Counted from the stretch's first letter, positions 8,920 to 19,453 are shown. The stretch is 64,000 nucleotides of DNA from an uncultured Bacillaceae bacterium (GCA_947497585.1 CANMHG010000013.1:13568-77567), one strand, 5' to 3'. The notes: generated by a model from the sequence alone, not told the origin. A program made the numbers and translations.

Positions 8920-9750
8920 TTAATTTATATCTCTTTCTCTAACTCGGTTTAAGGGATGATTGTAGAGGAAAAAGTATTGTCTTCTCTTTTCGATATATTT
9001 AGGAGTCATGATCTTTATTTCTTTTCCTTCTACTACATTGATTGCATTACTTTGTAGGAATTCTCTATACCTTGATGAATAATGTAGTTCTATAAAATCA
9101 TAGGCTTCAGTTAACTCGAACTTTCGCCTTGTGTAATGATGTGCATCAGATGCTACGAAATGAACAAGTTCATGATCTAGGAGATGTCTAGAAAAGTTTT
9201 TCAACCTATTCCCATGCAGTCCTAATATACTTGCAGCTGTTACTTGTATAAGTATTCCACTTTGTACAAGCTTATAAATTTCAGAGGGATTTTTTCTTAG
9301 AATTCTATTTCTCTCCGGGTGAGCAAGAATTGGAAGAAACCCCATTTCTTTTAACTGGGAGAAAACATCTACTATATATGATGGATAATTTTTAGAATGT
9401 GGCTCCATCAATAAGTATTTTCCTGTGTTATTTAATGTTAAAAAACTATCGAGCTTTTCTTCTAAATCATATTGAATTTCTTCATGTAAATGAAATTCAA
9501 TTCCTGGCATTACAACTAAAGGGATATTTTTCTCTTGCAATAATTGATTTAGTTTATCAACCATTTTTATTATAGTAGCAGGATCATTTTCGTAAAAATA
9601 CTGATGGTGTTGATGTTTATGATGTGGAGTTGCAATCACATGTGTTATTCCTGTCTCTACGGCTTGTTTGGCCAACAATATTGCTTCTTCCCAATCATGT
9701 GGACCATCATCTAGTCCAGGTAAAATGTGGTTATGAATGTCCACAATCAT
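8920..9750 (-). CDS. PHP-family tyrosine-protein phosphatase (CpsB/YwqE type)
   Basis: DIHNHILPGLDDG, ATPHH, AHPERN, ASDAH; start reassigned to ATG 9750 after AAGGAG. Confidence 0.9.
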   Translation of the reverse strand: MIVDIHNHILPGLDDGPHDWEEAILLAKQAVETGITHVIATPHHKHQHHQYFYENDPATIIKMVDKLNQLLQEKNIPLVVMPGIEFHLHEEIQYDLEEKLDSFLTLNNTGKYLLMEPHSKNYPSYIVDVFSQLKEMGFLPILAHPERNRILRKNPSEIYKLVQSGILIQVTAASILGLHGNRLKNFSRHLLDHELVHFVASDAHHYTRRKFELTEAYDFIELHYSSRYREFLQSNAINVVEGKEIKIMTPKYIEKRRQYFFLYNHPLNRVRERDIN

Positions 9751-9800
9751 TTTCTTGCTCCTTTCGAAAAACACTAACAAACCCCCACAAAGAACAACAG

Positions 9801-9816
9801 GTTCTTTATAAAGAAC
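9801..9816. promoter_or_regulatory. SinR-type operator
   Basis: Perfect palindrome GTTCTTTATAAAGAAC upstream of the phosphatase. Confidence 0.65.
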
Positions 9817-9847
9817 AATACTATACTATTACTTTTATTGCAATACC

Positions 9848-10603
9848 TTATTCATAAATTGCATTTGCATATTTTCTCTTAAAAAGACATACTCCTGCAT
9901 TTTCTAATATTTTTACCATTAATTCAGAATTAGGATAGTTTATTTCTTTATAAAGATTTATTACCTTATTCAAATCATATTGAACTCTCACTATTGAAGT
10001 TTGAACACAATCTTCCTCAATATCAACGAGAGCATAGGATGATTGATTCACACCATCAAATGGAAGCCCAACACTTCCTATATTTATTATACATTTCCCA
10101 TTTATGTATCTTATATATGGCTTATGTATATGTGCATAGATATATATATTTGCATTATTGCTCATTAACTTTTCAGTTAGTAAATCATCACTTTCTTGTG
10201 GTGAAACGATTTCAAATAAGCTTTTAGGTGTGGCATGGAATGCATGAATTTTAGCTCTACCAAATTCTAATTCTAATTCGGTTGGTAGATTTTCAAGGTA
10301 GCTAACATCTTTAGACTCTAGTTTAGAGACAGTCCATTCTCTTTCGGTACTCATTATTTCTAATGCTGAATCAGGAACCTCACCTTGCCTAATTCCACGA
10401 ACCACCCATTCATCTGCGTTACCTTTTATTACTTCGGTATTTAAGGTTCTAACTAAATCAAGTGACTTTTTAGGTTCTGGTCCCCTAAAGCACAGGTCTC
10501 CTAAAACATAAACTTTGTCAACGTTTCTTTCTTTAATATCCTTCAATACCGCTTCTAATGCTGTTGCATTTCCATGAATATCTGAAATAAATGCTAGTTT
10601 CAT
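9848..10603 (-). CDS. Metallophosphoesterase
   Basis: SDIHGN, LGDL, GNAD, FHA, AHIH, GSVG motifs. Confidence 0.88.
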   Translation of the reverse strand: MKLAFISDIHGNATALEAVLKDIKERNVDKVYVLGDLCFRGPEPKKSLDLVRTLNTEVIKGNADEWVVRGIRQGEVPDSALEIMSTEREWTVSKLESKDVSYLENLPTELELEFGRAKIHAFHATPKSLFEIVSPQESDDLLTEKLMSNNANIYIYAHIHKPYIRYINGKCIINIGSVGLPFDGVNQSSYALVDIEEDCVQTSIVRVQYDLNKVINLYKEINYPNSELMVKILENAGVCLFKRKYANAIYE

Positions 10604-10633
10604 TTGTTGTACCCCATTTCTAAAAATACTTTA

Positions 10634-10665
10634 AGGAGATGGTCCCCTTTTTTAGACCACCTCCT
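10634..10665 (-). terminator. Internal terminator-like hairpin
   Basis: On the minus strand AGGAGGTGGTC-N10-GACCATCTCCT (11 bp with one G.U), then an A/U-rich tract. Confidence 0.5.
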
Positions 10666-10722
10666 ATGAATTTTAGACTTTATACCACATTCGTATACTT
10701 AGAATTTCTTTATTAGATTATT

Positions 10723-11874
10723 TTAGATATTTATTGGTGCCTTATTAATTGTTTCATACCACGCAGTTAATGCCAGGCTTTCAGGTAACTCAACATCATC
10801 AAAAGTTATCATTTCTCCTGCTTCAACTTCCCTTTTCAACACTGCATTTACAAGCAACCCAATCGGAACATGGTTAGCATTGGTAGCAATTTTAACTGCA
10901 ACTCCTCTTACTTGGAAACTTCCAATGCCTTTCTCGATTGTCTCACCTAGTTGGAGTGTTCTTTTAGCAATTGCTGCAACACTAATAGTAGGATTTTCAC
11001 CATTGTTTAATAGAACTCCACCACCATTAATGACACGTCTAATCGTTTTCATAATTTCTAAATGACATAGATGGTAGTTTTGTAGAATTGTGTAGTAAGG
11101 ACCTTCTCCCATTTTATAGTAACGAAGGGCATCTTTTTGTCGAATATCGTGTTCTGCTGTGATAAAAACTCCTGGAGGAGCTTTAGGTGCTAAAACATAT
11201 TCACAAATTGGATAACCTAAACTATTAGCCTCTATTGCTAACTCCTCTCCAGTTTCATTTAAATTATCTGAACTCGGAGAAAGTAAGCCATTAACTGCTA
11301 TTCCCGCCCCAAGACCATTTGCTACTAGTGCTTGTTCAATTTGCACTTTTGTCCCATCAGTGAAGGATGTTGTCATATCAAGTCTTACACCATTTCGATT
11401 TGACCAATATTCCATATCCTCACGTTTTGGATCTAGGTTTAGAAATCCTTTAATATTTCCATAAACCAACGGCTTGAAGCCCATTTGAACAACATTTTCA
11501 TGTAGTGAAGCTAAGCAACCTGGTTGATCTCCTTCAGCCTCCGTAATAAATCCTCTTCTAGCAAAATATGAACCGGTTGTTACTTGAAGCTCTGCATTCA
11601 TTGTTACAACTGGTTTAGATGCTTTGATGGCTTTATCAATGACTTCCGTTCCATAGATAACATCCCCACTACATTCAACAATTAAGTCGCACTCTTCAAT
11701 AAACTCTTCCATAGAATTTGTAAGAACTTCGGAAAATGGATATTCCATAGTGTTTATATCACGGCGAGTGAGCACCTTTGATAAAATTAAGTCGGTTTGC
11801 TTCTCCACTTCAAAGGCTAAGCCCTTACCAATTAAACCTGTTCCAGCTATACCTATTCTAGTTAATTTATCCAC
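10723..11874 (-). CDS. NAD(P)-dependent oxidoreductase, homoserine dehydrogenase-like with C-terminal SAF domain
   Basis: GIAGTGLIG, AEGDQPG, DGTKVQIE, C-terminal SAF-like segment; GTG start after GGAGG. Confidence 0.75.
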   Translation of the reverse strand: MDKLTRIGIAGTGLIGKGLAFEVEKQTDLILSKVLTRRDINTMEYPFSEVLTNSMEEFIEECDLIVECSGDVIYGTEVIDKAIKASKPVVTMNAELQVTTGSYFARRGFITEAEGDQPGCLASLHENVVQMGFKPLVYGNIKGFLNLDPKREDMEYWSNRNGVRLDMTTSFTDGTKVQIEQALVANGLGAGIAVNGLLSPSSDNLNETGEELAIEANSLGYPICEYVLAPKAPPGVFITAEHDIRQKDALRYYKMGEGPYYTILQNYHLCHLEIMKTIRRVINGGGVLLNNGENPTISVAAIAKRTLQLGETIEKGIGSFQVRGVAVKIATNANHVPIGLLVNAVLKREVEAGEMITFDDVELPESLALTAWYETINKAPINI

Positions 11875-11909
11875 TAATATTCCTCCATCTGGTACCATGA
11901 CCACAAACT

Positions 11910-11925
11910 ATTCATTATAACGAAC
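11910..11925. promoter_or_regulatory. Degenerate SinR-type operator
   Basis: ATTCATTATAACGAAC in a short intergenic gap. Confidence 0.45.
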
Positions 11926-11941
11926 AATTCCGCAAAAAAAA

Positions 11942-13006
11942 TTATTTTGTCGAAACAAGTGTATCCACTGTTTCACTACTTTCAATTTCTAAAATTCCAC
12001 CATACATATCTACCTGTTTCATGATGCTTTGCCATTTAATTAATTCTTTATACCAGTTTAAGGTTATTGTTTGTTCTGACTTCTTAAGGTTACCACTCTC
12101 TAATGCTTTATAAATTTGTAAAGCCCCGTCAGCTGCGGTATATTTTGCTTCCCAATTTAAAAGTTTTTCGATTTTATCAAAATTCACACGATATGAACGA
12201 TGATCTGGGTCACCGTACCACTCAATCTTTACTTCAATAGGTAGCGCTTCTGCAATTTCTTCCGCTAAAGGTCCTAATTGATAGTTGTTTCGGTTTGATC
12301 CTACATTCAATATTTCACCATTAATTATTTGTCCATCAGCTTCTAGTAATAAGCACATAACATCAGTTGTATCTTCAACGTGTACCATAGGTCTCCACTG
12401 TGAGCCATCTCTCATTAATGGAATAACACCATTCTCCCATGCACCATAAGTCATTCCATTGATGGCTAAGTCAAATCTCATTCTTGGTGAATACCCATAA
12501 ACAGTTGCTTGCCTCATTACCACAACAGTAAAATCTTGATCAGCTAACGGAAGAACTCCTTGTTCAGCTTTTTCATTTGCTTTTGCATAAACGGTTAATG
12601 GATTAGTAGGTGATGTTTCGTCAACAATTACGTCCTTATCCTGGAATCCATAAAGACTGCATGAAGATGGTAAAATGTAACGCTCTACCCCCATTTTCTT
12701 CGCTAAAGTTGCTGTATTTACTCTAGATAAGTGATTCACTTCATATGTAACCTCTTTAAACAATTCCCCACTCGGATCGTTCGAAATTGCTACTAAATCA
12801 ATAACTGCATCAACATCTACAAAATGTTCTTCCTTTAATCTTCTACAATCTTCATGAACAATTGTTAGATTAGGATGTGGTTGAAGCTTATCGACACCAA
12901 AGTAAAAACGATCAACCGCTTTAACCTCATAGCCTTTTGCTAACAACTTTGGAACTAAAATGCTACCAATATAGCCACCTGCACCTGTAACAAGTATATT
13001 TTTCAT
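11942..13006 (-). CDS. Extended SDR, NAD-dependent epimerase/dehydratase
   Basis: TGAGGYIG, ISNDP, R.ATVYG.SPRMRFDL; YAKAN in place of YxxxK. Confidence 0.85.
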   Translation of the reverse strand: MKNILVTGAGGYIGSILVPKLLAKGYEVKAVDRFYFGVDKLQPHPNLTIVHEDCRRLKEEHFVDVDAVIDLVAISNDPSGELFKEVTYEVNHLSRVNTATLAKKMGVERYILPSSCSLYGFQDKDVIVDETSPTNPLTVYAKANEKAEQGVLPLADQDFTVVVMRQATVYGYSPRMRFDLAINGMTYGAWENGVIPLMRDGSQWRPMVHVEDTTDVMCLLLEADGQIINGEILNVGSNRNNYQLGPLAEEIAEALPIEVKIEWYGDPDHRSYRVNFDKIEKLLNWEAKYTAADGALQIYKALESGNLKKSEQTITLNWYKELIKWQSIMKQVDMYGGILEIESSETVDTLVSTK

Positions 13007-13018
13007 TTAATTTCCCCC

Positions 13019-14251
13019 CTATGAAATGTTTTCATTTACATTTTCTTTTTGTCGACCTTGTTTAACTACTATTTGATCCACTACATATCTTGAAAAAGGA
13101 AATGCGCATGTGAATCCTGGTGAAACAGCATTTAAGATATGAAAAGATTGTTGATCTCCTTCAACCACAAAATCTTGTACGAGCTCTAGAGTATCCTTGT
13201 TTAGAAGTTGTGCACGGATACCTGGTCTCATAAACTGCCCAAATCCGTTTTTATCTACTTTCTTTACCATTTTTAAAGATAAATTAATAAAATATGATTT
13301 CATATACTTTCTCATTTCTTCAATAGCAAGTGAACGGAAGTTAAAAGAGTTGTTTATAAAAAGCTTTGCTTCATAATATAAAATGGTCATAAACTCGTTT
13401 AAGTTAAAATTTTTCAACCCGCTGTAGTTTTCTCTCCAAAATGCAGGGATAGCGGTCGGTCCAATTTTAATCGAATCATCCACTGTTTTTGTAAAATGAA
13501 CGCCTAAAAATGGATTTGCTAAATTAGGAACTGGATAAATATTAGTTAACACATCCGTCTTGTTTTTTGCATATTTCAAATAGATTCCTTTAAATGGAAT
13601 AATTGTGTACTTCTCTCCGAACTTAAAATCCTTAGCGATTTTATCTGCATACAATCCTGCTGCATTTATAAAGTAATTACAACGAAAAGATCCCTTGCTA
13701 GTTTTAATTTCATCATTAGATTTCCCAAGGTATTGTGTATTACGAATTATATCGACCCCTAGATTAATTACATCTGTTTTAATTGATTTGCATACCTCTA
13801 TAGGGTCAACAGAAGATGTAGACGGTGAATAGAGTGCTTTTTTATACGTTTTTACATTGGGATCAATTTTTCTTACCTCTGATTCTTTCACCCAGTTTAA
13901 CTCTACTCCATTTTTCTCTGCTCTCTTTTTTAATTCTACTAACCCGTTTAATTCTTCCTCATTTGTTGCAACCACAAGTTTCCCGCACTTGTTAATTTTC
14001 AGACCCTTTTCCTCACAATACTTAGTCATCTCTCGGTTTCCATCTCTAGTAAACTTAGCTTTCAAGCTATTAGCCGAATAATAAAATCCAGCATGTAAAA
14101 CCCCGCTATTTCTTCCGCTTGAGTGAAATGCAACATCAGATTCCTTTTCTATAATGCAGATAGAATTTTTCGGGAAACGAGTCTTCAATTCCCTCGCGAT
14201 GGATAAACCAATGATTCCTCCACCTACTATAATGTAATCATAGAACTTCAT
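13019..14251 (-). CDS. FAD-dependent oxidoreductase, L-2-hydroxyglutarate oxidase (LhgO)-like
   Basis: VGGGIIG, SGRNSGVLHAG, YPVP...PFLGVHFT, GIRAQ, NAVSPGFT. Confidence 0.85.
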   Translation of the reverse strand: MKFYDYIIVGGGIIGLSIARELKTRFPKNSICIIEKESDVAFHSSGRNSGVLHAGFYYSANSLKAKFTRDGNREMTKYCEEKGLKINKCGKLVVATNEEELNGLVELKKRAEKNGVELNWVKESEVRKIDPNVKTYKKALYSPSTSSVDPIEVCKSIKTDVINLGVDIIRNTQYLGKSNDEIKTSKGSFRCNYFINAAGLYADKIAKDFKFGEKYTIIPFKGIYLKYAKNKTDVLTNIYPVPNLANPFLGVHFTKTVDDSIKIGPTAIPAFWRENYSGLKNFNLNEFMTILYYEAKLFINNSFNFRSLAIEEMRKYMKSYFINLSLKMVKKVDKNGFGQFMRPGIRAQLLNKDTLELVQDFVVEGDQQSFHILNAVSPGFTCAFPFSRYVVDQIVVKQGRQKENVNENIS

Positions 14252-14822
14252 GGACTTCCTCCATTTTGGGCTTATAAGTAAAATTTATTTCTGCATCTTT
14301 AAACATTGGCTGTTCCGTATCCTTTTCAGACAAAATTGGCGTTAAAGTCGGCCATTCAATTCCAAGTGTTGGGTCATTCCATAAAATTCCTTTATCGTTT
14401 TCAACTGAATAATATTCGTCAACCTTATACTGAACATGTGTATTGTCTGTGAGTGTACAGAATCCATGAGCAAAACCTTTTGGTACTAAGAGCATTCGGT
14501 GGTTCTCTTCTGTTAATGTTACACCTACCCACTGCCCATAAGTTGGTGAACCTAATCGAATATCAACAGCAACATCATATATTGCTCCAGTAATAACTCG
14601 AACAAGCTTTGTTTGTGCTCTTGGATTTAATTGATAATGTAGACCACGAATAACATCCTTACCTACTGAAAGTGAGTGATTATCCTGGATAAAATTGAAA
14701 TTCAAACCAAGCTCAGAAAACGTTTTATGATTAAAACTCTCCATAAAAAATCCTCGATTGTCTTTAAAAACCTTTGGTTCAATAATTTTTACACCATCAA
14801 GTTTTGTATCTAGTATTCTCAT
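14238..14822 (-). CDS. rfbC: dTDP-4-dehydrorhamnose 3,5-epimerase
   Basis: DNRGFFMES, QDNHS, RGLHYQ, VPKGFAHGF. Confidence 0.93.
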   Translation of the reverse strand: MRILDTKLDGVKIIEPKVFKDNRGFFMESFNHKTFSELGLNFNFIQDNHSLSVGKDVIRGLHYQLNPRAQTKLVRVITGAIYDVAVDIRLGSPTYGQWVGVTLTEENHRMLLVPKGFAHGFCTLTDNTHVQYKVDEYYSVENDKGILWNDPTLGIEWPTLTPILSEKDTEQPMFKDAEINFTYKPKMEEVHEVL

Positions 14823-14857
14823 GTTTCATTCATCCAATCTATAAGGTTAATGTTTTA

Positions 14858-15760
14858 CTACTTAACAAGTTCAATTTCTTTCTCTTTGTGTTTATTCATT
14901 TCTACTAGTCTAAGTAAATATTGACCATACTCACTTTTCTTTAATGGCTCTGCTAATTCTAATAACTTCTCTTCGGAAATATAGCCTTTGTTATAAGAAA
15001 TTTCCTCCAAGCAAGCTACTTTCAAAAGCTGACGTTTTTCTATAATTTCAATAAATTGGGATGCCTCTAACAATGATTCGTGTGTTCCTGTATCAAGCCA
15101 TGCAAACCCACGACCTAGTAATTCCACCTTTAACTTATCTCTTCTTAGATATTCATTTAAAATATCTGTAATTTCTAACTCCCCTCTAGCAGATGGCTTC
15201 ACACCTTTTGCAATCTCAACAACTTGATTGTCAAAGAAATAAAGGCCAGTAATGGCATAATTTGATTTAGGGAAAATTGGTTTTTCTTCAATGGACATTA
15301 CTTTTTTATCAGAATTAAACTCTACTACACCAAATCGTTCTGGGTCCCTAACATTGTAACCAAATATTGTAGCTCCATTAAGTTGTTTAGTTACCCTTTC
15401 AAGAGTAGAAATAAATTCATGCCCATAGAAGATATTGTCACCCAGAATTAAGCTAACATCATCTGCACCAATAAACTCCTCACCAATGATAAAGGCCTCA
15501 GCTAAACCATTCGGCTTTTCTTGTATCGAGTAGGATAATTGGATACCTAATTCACTTCCATCACCTAACAATTGTTCAAAACGTGGAACATCCTCTGGTG
15601 TAGATATAATTAAAATATCTTTGATACCTGCAAGCATTAACACTGAAATTGGATAATAAATCATAGGTTTATCATAAATAGGAAGTAATTGCTTTGATAT
15701 AGATCTTGTTAATGGATACAACCTTGTTCCGCTTCCACCTGCTAAAATGATTCCTTTCAT
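14858..15760 (-). CDS. rfbA: Glucose-1-phosphate thymidylyltransferase
   Basis: [47 protein letters not shown]. Confidence 0.96.
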   Translation of the reverse strand: MKGIILAGGSGTRLYPLTRSISKQLLPIYDKPMIYYPISVLMLAGIKDILIISTPEDVPRFEQLLGDGSELGIQLSYSIQEKPNGLAEAFIIGEEFIGADDVSLILGDNIFYGHEFISTLERVTKQLNGATIFGYNVRDPERFGVVEFNSDKKVMSIEEKPIFPKSNYAITGLYFFDNQVVEIAKGVKPSARGELEITDILNEYLRRDKLKVELLGRGFAWLDTGTHESLLEASQFIEIIEKRQLLKVACLEEISYNKGYISEEKLLELAEPLKKSEYGQYLLRLVEMNKHKEKEIELVK

Positions 15761-15811
15761 CGTAGGACCACCTCATCAATTTTTTATATAAAATTTAAAA
15801 AACACCTCAAA

Positions 15812-16813
15812 TCAATTGAGGTGCTGCTTTTGATTTAATTTGGTTTTTGCGTCTCGAATAAACTCATAAATAGCTGGATTTATACTAAATAACACACACA
15901 TTAATTTCTGTCTAAAACTTAAATCTTTAAGCTTCAATAAATGAATTATACTATTATCAAATGTTCTTTTGAGCATTTTTAATTCTTTATTAACATCTGT
16001 TAGGTTTGTTTTAGCCATATAATAGTACCAAAAAAACACTTCCATATAATGCTTTAATGCCTTTTGGTGAAGTTCTGATTCCTTTTTGTTTCTAAAAAAT
16101 TCCTCTCTACCTTTTAAAGCATATACCCTACCAAACTTCTTGGTGGAAAAAGGGGAATTTATTTGACTACCTTTTCTTTTAACATAGTAATATAGTTCAC
16201 TTTGAATATATGTGACTTTATTACTTCTATAAAGAAGCTTGTGGGCTATAGTTTCATCATCATAGATGTTACCATGTTCGTATTTTATTTCATCAAATAA
16301 ATATCTCTTGTAAAGTTTGTTCCAAGGGTAAATGAAAGTATCTTTTTCCATATTCTTATAGATGAAATGTAATGCTTCCTTATTACTAAAGTTTTGGAGA
16401 CTATAATCAGAATTGAACACCTCTGTATCAATGAACTGGTCTTCTTCAACTTTTAGATAATCGCATACTACAGTGTCGGATGAATGCTTTATAGCATTAT
16501 TAAATAGTTCTTCAAACATATATTTATTTATATAGTCATCGTTATCTACAAAACCTATATATTCCCCTCTAGCTACCTCAAGTCCAGCATTTCGTGAAGA
16601 AGCAATTCCACCATTTTCTTTATGAATAACTCGAACTCTACTATCCAATCTTGCATATTCATCACAAAGTTCTCCACTATTATCTGTTGATCCATCATTA
16701 ACAAGGATTAACTCAAAATTTGTGAATGATTGAGATAAGATTGAATCAATGCACTGTGGTATATAACTTTCAAGATTGTATATGGGAACAATGATGCTTA
16801 TTCCAATATTCAT
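15812..16813 (-). CDS. Glycosyltransferase family 2
   Basis: SIIVPIYN, VNDGSTD, FVDNDD; start reassigned to ATG 16813. Confidence 0.9.
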   Translation of the reverse strand: MNIGISIIVPIYNLESYIPQCIDSILSQSFTNFELILVNDGSTDNSGELCDEYARLDSRVRVIHKENGGIASSRNAGLEVARGEYIGFVDNDDYINKYMFEELFNNAIKHSSDTVVCDYLKVEEDQFIDTEVFNSDYSLQNFSNKEALHFIYKNMEKDTFIYPWNKLYKRYLFDEIKYEHGNIYDDETIAHKLLYRSNKVTYIQSELYYYVKRKGSQINSPFSTKKFGRVYALKGREEFFRNKKESELHQKALKHYMEVFFWYYYMAKTNLTDVNKELKMLKRTFDNSIIHLLKLKDLSFRQKLMCVLFSINPAIYEFIRDAKTKLNQKQHLN

Positions 16814-16955
16814 AAAACACTTCCCCAATAAATTTGTAGTCAATTTACAGAACATAAAGAACATGTTAATTGATTAAGAGACTTAGTATACCTTTAAAAA
16901 TTAATAATCTATATCATTATTCCTGTTACTATCAAAGTATTATGGATTTTGATAG

Positions 16956-18137
16956 TTAAAAAGGTAAAGCCGTATTTTTCACCGATTTTGATTTTATTAA
17001 TTCTTGTTTATAATTAACTCTATAAGCTAAATTCCTCCCAATCTTAATATTTGGTTTTTCAATTAAATTATAGGCCACCGCAGATATAATTAAACTTAAA
17101 ACTATAGCTATTAGACATATGATCCATAATGGAATAATTTTATGAAACAAATAGATACATGTCAGAATTACTGGTAAGTGATATAAATACAAACTGTAAG
17201 ATATCTTCCCCAAGAATAAGATTGGTTTATATAAGAGAAACTTTGTTACCCTAGTAGAACCTAGTGCACTAATAATTAGTCCCATAGATCCAATTGCAAT
17301 TAAGTATTCCACAAAGATATAAAAGAAAGTAGAAATTACCTCGATATTTGTAATTTCATATAATGAACCTATTATTATTTCGGCTAGGTTATACATAATA
17401 TAAGAAGTTATAAATAATATCCATTTCAACCTAATATGTAATTCTTTATAAAATGCTATTAAATAATTTTTATACTTTGCTAATAGTGAGCCTAAGATAA
17501 AAAGTGAAATGTAATGAACCGTGGCAAAATAAGTTATATTGTATCCGTTTGATGCCTGTAATTCGAATATTTTATTTATTCCTGCAACTGAAGATAATAC
17601 TATACAAACTAAAATGCTTACCTTCCAATTAAACCGTTTTATTAATATTACAATTAATGGGAATAAAAGAGATATTCTTAGTTCATGAATCAATGACCAA
17701 ATCACACCATTAAAAGAGTTTGAGTGAATATTACCTAAAAAATATAAATGCTCAAAGATCAGCTTTATACTTACTGGTGTGCTCCACAACATATCCCAAG
17801 CACGTACCCCATTAACTTTTTCATAAATAAAAATTTGTGATAAAATTATTGCAACAGTAATTGCAAAGATGTAAGGAACATAAATCCTAAAGAATCTTTT
17901 GATTAAATAAGGAATATATGTAACTTCTTTCTGTTGTAAAAATGGTAAAGATAATACAAATCCGCTTAATACGAAAAATAACATCACAGAGCTGTGACCA
18001 TTATCAATTCCGATATAAGTTATTAGGTAAACACCTAAAGGAGGAATTGCAAGTGCAATAAGGGGTAAATGGTTAAAGACAACCACTAATGCCGCTAAAC
18101 CACGAATTGAATCTAATTGTTGAATACGATTGTTCAT
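16956..18137 (-). CDS. Membrane O-acyltransferase (acyltransferase 3 / OafA family)
   Basis: LDSIRGLAA, FFVLSGF, RFFRIY, WSL..E, GKISYSLYLYH; multi-TM. Confidence 0.9.
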   Translation of the reverse strand: MNNRIQQLDSIRGLAALVVVFNHLPLIALAIPPLGVYLITYIGIDNGHSSVMLFFVLSGFVLSLPFLQQKEVTYIPYLIKRFFRIYVPYIFAITVAIILSQIFIYEKVNGVRAWDMLWSTPVSIKLIFEHLYFLGNIHSNSFNGVIWSLIHELRISLLFPLIVILIKRFNWKVSILVCIVLSSVAGINKIFELQASNGYNITYFATVHYISLFILGSLLAKYKNYLIAFYKELHIRLKWILFITSYIMYNLAEIIIGSLYEITNIEVISTFFYIFVEYLIAIGSMGLIISALGSTRVTKFLLYKPILFLGKISYSLYLYHLPVILTCIYLFHKIIPLWIICLIAIVLSLIISAVAYNLIEKPNIKIGRNLAYRVNYKQELIKSKSVKNTALPF

Positions 18138-18223
18138 TTTTTAATCTCTCCTAGAAATTTTGATTTCAAAGTATCTGTTCATTAAGAAGTTTCAAAAGTG
18201 GTGTTAACCTAACATAACAATTC

Positions 18224-19381
18224 TCATATAACTTTAGGGGTTGCTTTATTTTCACAAATAACTTTCTTTAAATTTTGCAATTTTTCAAGTAACCTTAAAT
18301 CATTTATGTTGTTATTACTTATATCCAATTCTTCCAAGTTAATAAAATATTGAATACCGTCTAAATTTGTGATTTTTTGGTTACATAAATTTAACTCTTT
18401 GATATTTTTTAATTGTGAAATATATATCCACTGATTCGGGTTTATTACTAGTAATTCTCGAATATACTTTTCAAAATTTCGGTCAATGAATGTAGCTATT
18501 CCACTCAACTCTGCAGTTGTATAAAATTCCAAATCATTTTTTTTTGCTTGATTAATTAAGTATTGGAGATTCTTTGGACAAGTACGCCACCTTTGTTCAT
18601 GGCTTTCCATATGCCATCCAAACTTTTCCCATTCACGATCTTTAGATAAAATAGAATGACATGTTAAAATCAAATTACTCCCAGATTTCTTAACATATTT
18701 AAGTACTCTCTTTACATTTCTTGGATTACTCAAATAATGACTGTCTATACAAATTGAAGGTGCAAATCCAGTGTGGTTATGAGGAGTTAAATTATTACCT
18801 GCTAAATGCCCCCTAGCAATCTTAAAATATTTTGGGACTATTGCATTTAATGTTTGTTCATTAAAACGAAAATATGGGAACACAAATGTAATTGGTTTCT
18901 TAAACTTCTCTCCTGTTATTGAATGGGACTGTTTTTCTAACCAATTAAACAGTCTAGTTATATCTTCTTCAATCCACTTTTCTATCCCCTCTACTTCAGA
19001 ATACTCTACAGCGTTTTGATGATTATAACCATGATGAGCTATTTCATGACCGTTTGATTGTAAATCGAGAAGCATATCAATTTCAGATTGGGTATGCTTT
19101 CTTCTTCCTTCATAGTGATGATGTGCATTCACATTAAATGTTACTTTTACATCGTAAAAACCAAATAAATCCTTACCATATGAATACCAGTCTTGTACCC
19201 GAAAGCTATCATCAAAAGAGAAAGCTATTCCTGGTTTATCTAGATAAGGAATATTAGCAGAGTCTTTTTTTCGACCCATTTTTTTATTAAAATTATTGTT
19301 CCTCTTCATATTCTTATAAATATAACTCCAATATCTCCAATCAACATATTGCCTTTTTAAAATATTGAATATTAATTTCAT
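18224..19381 (-). CDS. Polysaccharide deacetylase (NodB-like) with C-terminal leucine-rich repeats
   Basis: AFSFDD, HEIAHHGYNH, FVFPY, LTCH; C-terminal LxxLxLxxNxIxxL repeats. Confidence 0.75.
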   Translation of the reverse strand: MKLIFNILKRQYVDWRYWSYIYKNMKRNNNFNKKMGRKKDSANIPYLDKPGIAFSFDDSFRVQDWYSYGKDLFGFYDVKVTFNVNAHHHYEGRRKHTQSEIDMLLDLQSNGHEIAHHGYNHQNAVEYSEVEGIEKWIEEDITRLFNWLEKQSHSITGEKFKKPITFVFPYFRFNEQTLNAIVPKYFKIARGHLAGNNLTPHNHTGFAPSICIDSHYLSNPRNVKRVLKYVKKSGSNLILTCHSILSKDREWEKFGWHMESHEQRWRTCPKNLQYLINQAKKNDLEFYTTAELSGIATFIDRNFEKYIRELLVINPNQWIYISQLKNIKELNLCNQKITNLDGIQYFINLEELDISNNNINDLRLLEKLQNLKKVICENKATPKVI

Positions 19382-19453
19382 TTAATTATTTGTCCTCCCA
19401 AAGTGCTGAGTTGCCTATCAGTCTACAAAAGCATCTAAATTAAGAGTTTAATA

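Noticed and set aside
10723-11874. Housekeeping homoserine dehydrogenase
   Set aside because: It has a SAF rather than ACT C-terminus and no thr/met context; only the fold is shared.
16848-16862. AGAAC-N-AAAGAAC direct repeat as an additional SinR site
   Set aside because: It lacks the inverted GTTC arm and a clear promoter, so it was left out of the count of 15.
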